A stretch of 46,001 nt of DNA, from positions 68,349,294 through 68,395,294 of the forward strand of contig NC_068991.1 in the NCBI RefSeq assembly GCF_001194135.2, read 5' to 3'. Shown here in pieces: positions 37,051 to 46,001 of this stretch. The position numbers and the translations under genes are program-made. Source of the stretch: Octopus bimaculoides. Its lineage: Eukaryota. Numbering within the stretch: position 1 is the first letter of the stretch; every line of letters starts with the position of its first letter. Under the pieces are notes generated by a model. That model saw only the letters and a program-made list of their open reading frames with translations, made no database searches and had not been told where the DNA came from.

Positions 37051-38035
37051 GTATATATATTATATATTATATGTGTATGTGTCTGTGTGTGCATTATAAA
37101 TGTCTATATATATATGTATATATATGTGTGTGTGTGTAAGGAGGAATGGTCGTGGTATTTGTGTATGGACAACTGTGTCATCACACATGTACAGCGTTTG
37201 CCTACGTATGTTTATTTATCTATTCGTATGTAGAACTATATTTTTGCGTGTTTAATAAGATTATAAACCACAAATTGAAACGCAGATAAAAAAAATTGCA
37301 TAATTATCTGTGTACACACCACACAAAAGTGTATAGAAACAGCATTTTTGATCTTCTCCCCTCACCACAAAAAGAATAACTGAATGAGATTACACGATCT
37401 ACTAAAAATAGTAGCCGTATCTTCGTTGAATCACACTTTACCATCGTAACAAAAGAGGGACATTGTAAAACAGTATTGATAAGGATATCAGACACTGAAG
37501 CAATATCGCGCATTTGTAACAAAGGAACGCGCTTCTAAATTGATCACCGTATATGACAGATTATTGACCCAAGGTAGAACAAAAACTGTTTGTGGAATTT
37601 GAAACCAGAACTTAAATCGAGGAAGATATTCAGTCTAGTATTATACTTCCAGGACATCTATACATATAGTACAAGGTCACTTAATTTCTTGTGACTCTAA
37701 GGTCACGGTCGATTAAAATGCCTCCAGATTGCTACTAATTTTATCGACTCCAGATCAATAAACGGCAAAGTTATTGCTCATCTTGGAAACGAAGGGTTAC
37801 TAGCCTAACTAAGTACCGGGAGCAATATTTACCATTTTTTTTAAAGACCGTGTACGCTCAGTTTAATTGCCTTATACATATTTTGTATCCTGCAAAACAA
37901 TTAAATGTTCATTGGATGGTGACCAGATTTGAACTCAGAACATCAAGGAGTGTAAACTAAAGCCAACAAGACAATGTCATGTTCTTTACCAAAACTGCCA
38001 TAAAAACTAAAATGATGTAACTGAATATCATTGTA

Positions 38036-38465
38036 TTCATTTCTACTCTGGACACAAGGCCCCAAATTTTTGGGGAGGGTGTCAGTCGATTACATCGCCC
38101 TAGTACACAGCTGGTACTTAATTTATCGATTCCGAAAGGATGAAAGGCAAAGTCGACTTCGGCGGAATTTGAACTCAGAACGGAAGAACAGATGAAATAC
38201 CACCAAGTATTTCGCCCGTGGTTCTAACGTTTCTTATTTCTTTATTGCCCACAGGGGGCTAAACACAGAGGGACAAACAAGGACAGACAAATGGATTAAG
38301 TCGATTACATCGACACCAGTGCGTAACTGGTACTTAATTTAGCGCCACCGAAAGGATGAAAGGCAAAGTCGACCTCGGCGGAATTTGAACTCAGGACGTA
38401 AAGACAGGCGAAATACCGCTAAGCATTTCGTCCGATGTGCTAACGTTTCTGCCAGCTCGCCGCCT
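38036..38465 (-). mobile_element. SINE family B tandem: long-tail unit plus headless short-tail unit
   Basis: Same junction on the minus strand at about 38232. Confidence 0.92.
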
Positions 38466-38957
38466 TTGACTACTAGAATATTGTCTCCTGGATTACGATG
38501 CGCCTGGGGTTAAACAATGAAATAACTGGAACAACACTTAAACAAACTGTTGTTTTTCTTTTCTCTTTCGACTTTTATTTGTTTTAATCACAGGTCTTCG
38601 TCCCTGAAGACTTTCGTCGAACAAATCGGACGAAATACTTTTTTTTGTAAGTCTGACATTTATTCCATCGTTATCTTCAGTCGAACTGCTTATTTGCGAG
38701 GACGTAAACGAACCAAAGCTGGTTGTGAAGGGGTGGTGAAGATACAGGAAAATAACCCCACTAAAACACGCTCCCCTCTTTTATGTATGTCTTCTCATGC
38801 ATATACTTGTATATCTAAACATGCTCATATATACGTAAATGGGAAACTTCTGGAAAGTTTTACAGTGTATATACGTAAGTATCTATGTATGAATGTATTT
38901 ATATATGTATGTATGTTACGGAATAGTACTTTAAGTATACATTCTATTATTCTCTTA

Positions 38958-39156
38958 TTCTTTTTTTTTGTTTCAGTCATTTGACTGCGGCCATACTGGA
39001 GCACCGCCTTTAGCCTTTATTCTCCTTAAGCCTAGTACTTATTTTATCGTCACCTATGCCGAACCGCAAAGTTACAGGGAATTCAAAACCACTAACAGCG
39101 GTTGTCAAACAGGGGTTGGGGACAAATACTAACGCAAAGGCACATACATGTGTGTT

Positions 39157-39203
<47 letters not shown>

Positions 39204-39360
39204 GGGCTTCTTTCAGTTTCCGTCTACGAAATATACTTATATAGTTTTGATGTGTCCGAGGCGATCGTAAAAGACACTCTTACAAAGTACCACACAGTGG
39301 GACTTAAAGCATAGCCATGTGGTTGGGAACCAACAACCAAGCTTCTTACCATAGAGCTAC
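38958..39360 (-). mobile_element. SINE family A, full-length, diverged
   Basis: Both halves and the internal (TG)/(TA)n are present. Confidence 0.85.
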
Positions 39361-40137
39361 AGATTGATAAATAGGCAGATAGGTAGATACATACATACAC
39401 ACATACATATATTTATATAGACAATCAAAGACACACACACACACACACACACATACACACACACACACATACACACTCACGCATACACGCACGCACACAT
39501 TATGCAGACATACATATACACATATCTGTATTCGTTTTGTAAAATATAATTGCCGACTGAATGTGGCGGTCCCATAGTGGACGATGCTACTGTTGTTTTT
39601 AGCTCCATGAGGACATCACCTCCCGCTGGCTAACGACACACTGTCTGTGTCCGATAAATATTTGCGGGGGGAAATAATTGTTCTCAGTCACATTGAATTT
39701 TTTCCTGCCACCGAGTAAGTATTTTTGTATACTTGGGCAATTGTTTCCCAAGGCTATTACCATGTTTGTTTGGTCTCGAAGGAATCGTTATCATACTAGT
39801 GGCAGGTGAGATTTGAACGCACAAAATCGTGACATAGAACGCAAACCATCACGTCCGTTGTACTAAGAATATCGGGCCTGAAGTGGTACTTTATTTATGT
39901 ACACCGAAAGAGTGGATGGCAAAGTGATCGACGTAGAATATGCTCATATCATAGTGATCCGGAAAAATACTGCAATGCATTCTCTCCGATGTTACGAGGC
40001 TTTGCAGAATGTTGAACGAGTTGATGGATGGATGGGTAGATGACTTACATTAGGTTAGCTTTCATACAAGTAGATGTATAATTGAAATACATATACATCA
40101 CTGTGTGTATGTAAGTGTGTGAATGTGTGTGTGTGTA

Positions 40138-40174
<37 letters not shown>

Positions 40175-41349
40175 NNNNNNNNNNNNNNNNNNNNNNNNNN
40201 NNNNNNNNNNNNNNNNNNNNNNNNNNNNNNNNNNNNNNNNNNNNNNNNNNNNNNNNNNNNNNNNNNNNNNNNNNNNNNNNNNNNNNNNNNNNNNNNNNNN
40301 NNNNNNNNNNNNNNNNNNNNNNNNNNNNNNNNNNNNNNNNNNNNNNNNNNNNNNNNNNNNNNNNNNNNNNNNNNNNNNNNNNNNNNNNNNNNNNNNNNNN
40401 NNNNNNNNNNNNNNNNNNNNNNNNNNNNNNNNNNNNNNNNNNNNNNNNNNNNNNNNNNNNNNNNNNNNNNNNNNNNNNNNNNNNNNNNNNNNNNNNNNNN
40501 NNNNNNNNNNNNNNNNTAGGTATGACTGTGTGTAAGTGTGTGTGTGCGCGTTTCGAAGTACTATATATGTGTATTTCTTTTTGTGTAGCTATAGGCATGT
40601 ATAAGTGGAAATACATACATACATACATACATACATACATACATACATACATAAATATATATATACATACATATATGCAGGCATACATACATAGACACAT
40701 AGTTTACACTATATATCTATACATGTTTTTTCTCACACCTACATTCATACATACACACATATAGGCGTACATATATATACACCTACATACATACATGCAT
40801 ACACACATACATACATACATAAATACATACACACATACATACATACATACATGCATAAACATATATATTGCAGTCGTACATCAAAACGTGAAGTATGGGA
40901 TACACTTTAATAATCACGTGATTGTCTTATTTGTACGCATTGCTCAGTTTTTCAGTGGACGTTTACATTCGTTTACACTTAGGAAGGTCCATTGCTTTGT
41001 CCATACCTAGTTTTACATGTGTGTGCTTGTGTGTTTGTGCATGTGTGTGTGTACATGCGTTCTGAGGCGTGTCTTCAGCTCTCGTGTCAGTGTCCGTTTT
41101 GGCGATTTTTATCCTTCTCATATTTGAATTTCTGACAACATATCAACATGTTCTGCTGTCAAAGTGAAAGGAAAATGTACTATTTCCACTAAGGTTACTC
41201 GAGGAGAGGCATGATATGAAAATAGAATAGGTTTTCTGAAAGCTATGCTGGTGTGGTGTAAGTCATTCGTCTATTTAGCCATCTATCTAGCCATCCATAC
41301 ATCTAACCGGCCACCCATACATCTACCTTGATATCTAGTTGTCCATGTC

Positions 41350-41700
<351 letters not shown>

Positions 41701-42124
41701 TACTTTAACGTAAGTGCTTGTGAGTGCTTCTGTTCTTGAGTATGCGCGTGTATATTTGTGAGTATATGTGTGTGCATGGTTGCATGTGTACGCGTTTTTT
41801 TAGTGTGTGTTTCTTGTGTGAATGTGTCTATGTGGGAGTAACTAGCTTCCTATGTTCCCCGTTCATCTCACTGACCGTGTAAAAGCATAGCTTGACATAA
41901 ACGCTGCGAGTTACAAAACAATGAAAGATGTCAAACAGTTGGTATTTATGTCTTTTTTTCTGAATAATACCATTTGTAGGAGTGGAAACTGATGCAGCAG
42001 TAAAACGTACATTATTCGAGGTTTGTACCCAAAAGGTTCTGCGATCGAATCTATGACAAAGCACATCTGATAAAACAAGTTTTCAGTTCATTTTTACTCC
42101 TTGACTTATATTCAGCATACTCTT

Positions 42125-42523
42125 TTCTTTTTACTTACTTGTTTGAGTCATTTCACTGCGGCCAGGCTAGAGCACCGCCTAGTCGAGCACCGCCTAGTCG
42201 AGCACCGCCTAGTCGAGCAAATCGACCCCAGGACTTATTCTTTGTAAGCTTAGTACATATTCTATCGGTTTCTTTTGCCGAACCACTAAGTTACGGGGAC
42301 GTAAACACACCAGCATCGGTTGTCAAGCGATGATGGGGGGACAAACACAGACACACAAAACACACATATATATATACATATACATATATACGACGGGCTT
42401 CTTCCAGTTTCCGTCTACCAAATCCACTCACAAGGCTTTGGTCGGCCCGAGGCTATAGTAGAAGACACATGCCCAAGGTGCCACGCAGTGGGACTGAACC
42501 CGAAACCAGCCACTCCTGCGCCT
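42125..42523 (-). mobile_element. SINE family A, young copy with a 15-nt triplication and a deletion in the head
   Basis: GAGCACCGCCTAGTC x3 at 42170-42214; cccgaaac joins directly to cagccactcctgcgcct. Confidence 0.92.
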
Positions 42524-42638
42524 ATCTAGAAAAATGGTATCAAGCCTTCGAGAAATAGCAGCAAAATTCTTCAAATAATACTCATATAAATTATTTCAGC
42601 AGATGAAACAGATTAATACGAAAAAAAGTTAACGTCAC

Positions 42639-42713
42639 CAGCAGCAGTAGCAGTAGTAGCAGCAGCAGAGGTAGTATTGGTAGTGGTGGTGATGGTGGTG
42701 GTGGTGGTGGTGA

Positions 42714-42755
<42 letters not shown>

Positions 42756-42826
42756 CAGTGGTAGTAGCAGTAGTAGCAGTAGTAACAGCAGCTGCAGCAG
42801 AGGTAGTATTGGTAGTGGTGGTGATG

Positions 42827-42860
<34 letters not shown>

Positions 42861-42870
42861 CAGCAGCAGA
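42639..42870. repeat. (GTA)/(GCA)/(GGT)n compound array with a higher-order ~132-bp duplication
   Basis: gcagcagaggtagtattggtagtggtggtgatggtggtggtggt occurs at 42662 and 42794. Confidence 0.85.
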
Positions 42871-43177
42871 AATGTACTGTGTTGAGATATTTGTGACTGA
42901 GTGCATATCTTTAGAAGTATTTTATGTAAATGGATATATATTAGTATACATCTGTGTAATTATGGTCGGATGTTTTTGGCAGGATTTTTTAAAGTTTATT
43001 TTTCTTCAAAACATTTACTTTTTTTTCTTCTTTACTTAGTATTTGAAAGCCATTTGTAGAACCAGAAGCAGCTTTAGAAGTAACGAGATAGCTAAATGAT
43101 CAATTCAGTTAATGAAAAACTTACACGGCTGATTGTTGCCGGTCAATTGCTCAGATTTATATCGAAGATCTACTTAC

Positions 43178-43208
43178 GGTTTCATTTCGGCTTCAAACCA
43201 GACACCAT
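43178..43208 (-). CDS. Candidate 31-nt micro-exon ((D)GVWFEAEMK(P))
   Basis: ttattacaaacag acceptor and CC|GTAAGT donor. No homology recognised. Confidence 0.15.
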
Positions 43209-43837
43209 CTGTTTGTAATAACATAAAGCTAAGTCAACAGTCAAACTTGTTCTTTCCCTTTGTTCTTACGCTCTTTTACGTTTCTTTTCTTTTTTTTTTT
43301 TTTTTTTTTTTNNNNNNNNNNNNNNNNNNNNNNNNNNNNNNNNNNNNNNNNNNNNNNNNNNNNNNNNNNNNNNNNNNNNNNNNNNNNNNNNNNNNNNNNN
43401 NNNNNNNNNNNNNNNNNNNNNNNNNNNNNNNNNNNNNNNNNNNNNNNNNNNNNNNNNNNNNNNNNNNNNNNNNNNNNNNNNNNNNNNNNNNNNNNNNNNN
43501 NNNNNNNNNNNNNNNNNNNNNNNNNNNNNNNNNNNNNNNNNNNNNNNNNNNNNNNNNNNNNNNNNNNNNNNNNNNNNNNNNNNNNNNNNNNNNNNNNNNN
43601 NNNNNNNNNNNNNNNNNNNNNNNNNNNNNNNNNNNNNNNNNNNNNNNNNNNNNNNNNNNNNNNNNNNNNNNNNNNNNNNNNNNNNNNNNNNNNNNNNNNN
43701 NNNNNNNNNNNNNNNNNNNNNNNNNNNNNNNNNNNNNNNNNNNNNNNNNNNNNNNNNNNNNNNNNNNNNNNNNNNNNNNNNNNNNNNNNNNNNNNNNNNN
43801 NNNNNNNNNNNNNNNNNNNNNNNNNNNNNNNNNNNNG

Positions 43838-44126
43838 AATTTGAACTCACAACGTAACGGCAGACGAAATACCGCTAAGCATTTCGCCCAGCGTGCTAAC
43901 GAATCTTATTTCTTTATTGCCCACAAGGGGCTAAACATAGAGGGGACAAACAAGGACAGACAAAGGTATTAAGTCGATGACATCGACCCCAGTGCGTAAC
44001 TGGTACTTAATTTATCGACCCCGAAAGGATGAAAGGCAAAGTCGACCACGGCGGAATTTGAACTCAGACGAAATACCGCTAAGTATTTCGGCCGACGTGC
44101 TAACGTTTCTGCCAGCTCGCCGCCTT
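43838..44126 (-). mobile_element. SINE family B tandem running into a gap
   Basis: Long-tail unit followed at about 43905 by a headless unit that enters the N-run. Confidence 0.92.
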
Positions 44127-44813
44127 CAATGAAGAAATATACTTGTTTCGTGATTCAGAAAAAAACGAGAAAGATTTTTCTCGAGGACGACAACGAAGTG
44201 CTGCATTTCAAAGCTAATAACCAGACAACACATATTTCAGTATTGAAAATTGTGGCTGTCTGACTATAGCTTCTTTGCTTTCCATGGGGCAAAGGAGAGG
44301 CAGAACTTGGTGGGTCGTTGTGATGATCGCATGCAAAGTTATATCCAGAAGACTGGGTTTCTTGATTAACCAAATTCTGACTTGACGAAGTAGAACCTGT
44401 TGAGCGCGAAGTTATAGGAGAGTTATGGGAGATAAAAATCTACGATCTGGTGGGGACTATCGGCAATGATGTTTCGCTCTGTGACGATATTACCCCAAGG
44501 TGAAAAAGGCCAGTCCGGAAAACTGCGAGGACGACTGCGGAATAACATCCAAGTTTATATTTAAATTTAAATGACAGCCATTTTTGCAGGATAGAACTCG
44601 GATTTCTCTCCGTTAGCGACAAATTCCGAAAAAACCTTGGGAACCATAAATATGCATATACATACATACATGCATACATGCATACACACATACATACATA
44701 CATGCATACATACATACGTACGTACATGCATACATACATACATACATACATGCATGCATGCATTTATACGTACATGGATACACCAGCGCGTACGTGCATA
44801 CATTCCACCAGAA

Positions 44814-44855
44814 CACCCGATGAAGGCTGGACAGTACATCAACCGAAACGTTGTG
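44814..44855 (+). ncRNA. Minimal type-I hammerhead motif, third family (core CCGAUGAA)
   Basis: cac-CCGATGAA-GGCTG-gacagtacat-CAACC-GAA-ACGT-T-gtg; stem II has one mismatch; (CATA)n upstream and (AT)/(GT)n about 50 nt downstream. Confidence 0.65.
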
Positions 44856-44906
44856 CTAGCAACAAACAAGGTGAGGACACCTATCTGTCCATTGTAAACG
44901 ATGTAC

Positions 44907-44958
<52 letters not shown>

Positions 44959-45399
44959 GCACGCACCAAACCATTCAGATAACCTCAAACCCAAAAGGCT
45001 GCCTTCAACAAAAGATCTTTGTCACTTTGCCAGTGACTTGGGTGAATTTTCTGCAAAGGGGAAAATTTAAATGAATATATTTGTTAAAGCACACACACAC
45101 ACACACATGTACATATACATATCCCCACACGCATATATATATATATCTGCATGTTTAAGATAGATAGATACATATATACATACGNNNNNNNNNNNNNNNN
45201 NNNNNNNNNNNNNNNNNNNNNNNNNNNNNNNNNNNNNNNNNNNNNNNNNNNNNNNNNNNNNNNNNNNNNNNNNNNNNNNNNNNNNNNNNNNNNNNNNNNN
45301 NNNNNNNNNNNNNNNNNNNNNNNNNNNNNNNNNNNNNNNNNNNNNNNNNNNNNNNNNNNNNNNNNNNNNNNNNNNNNNNNNNNNNNNNNNNNNNNNNNA

Positions 45400-45401
45400 T
45401 G

Positions 45402-45492
<91 letters not shown>

Positions 45493-45510
45493 CATAATAA
45501 TAATAATAAT
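45400..45510. repeat. (AAT)n microsatellite
   Basis: Directly visible after the gap 45185-45399. Confidence 0.95.
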
Positions 45511-46001
45511 GTTTTCTATTTAATATACATTTATTTCCTTCATATCATTTTCGGTTTGATTTTAGCATTTTATTTATCTGAAGGTGTTTGAGTTGTTTAA
45601 TTTTAGATATGATTCTGGTTTTAAACAAAAGATATATCACAATATTTGAGACATGCTGTCTGCAAATCTGGTTTGACAAGTTTTACAGCTGGATGCAAAA
45701 TTAATTGTCAAAACAAACCGGGACCAGTTAGCACTGGTTCTTAAGTCTCCCGTATTCCCATTCTATAATTCTATATTGATCAATAGCTTTCTTCTTAGCC
45801 GGCTAAATGGATGCAATTTTCTTTGACACATACGCCAACACTTAACTGAACTTCAATACAATTACAATATATAAATATGTTTCCTTAGTGTGTGTATACG
45901 TGCTAGCATGTTTACCTGAGTGTTTAATAACTCACGTAGAAATATAAGTGTTTGTGTGTGTGTGAGTGTGTGTGTGGGGGTATATATATATATATATATA
46001 T

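Noticed and set aside
38588-38625. CTGAAGACTTTCGTCGAAC hammerhead-like string
   Set aside because: Lacks GAAA and stems I/III.

Overview
Eukaryotic, AT-rich, repeat-saturated scaffold with 18 N-gaps (about 6.7 kb), most flanked by microsatellites. The SINE families and microsatellite load look like an octopus/coleoid cephalopod genome (inferred, not database-checked). No intact recognisable gene is present: the long ORFs in the track are artefacts of microsatellites and N-runs, and only a few low-confidence exon candidates exist. Supported content: (i) three tRNA-derived SINE families in many copies; (ii) a decayed non-LTR retrotransposon (LINE) reverse-transcriptase region at about 25.1-26.6 kb; (iii) a short LTR family, present as a solo LTR at 8186-8339 and as an LTR+PBS mini-element nested in the LINE, both with 5-bp TSDs; (iv) several TIR elements/MITEs, some nested. 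The best leads are four minimal type-I hammerhead-ribozyme motifs of the Penelope-like-element type with variant cores (two share CUGUYGAA plus a conserved downstream strand able to pair with stem II), and a CORE-like SINE that occurs four times as a tandem array with the same junction.
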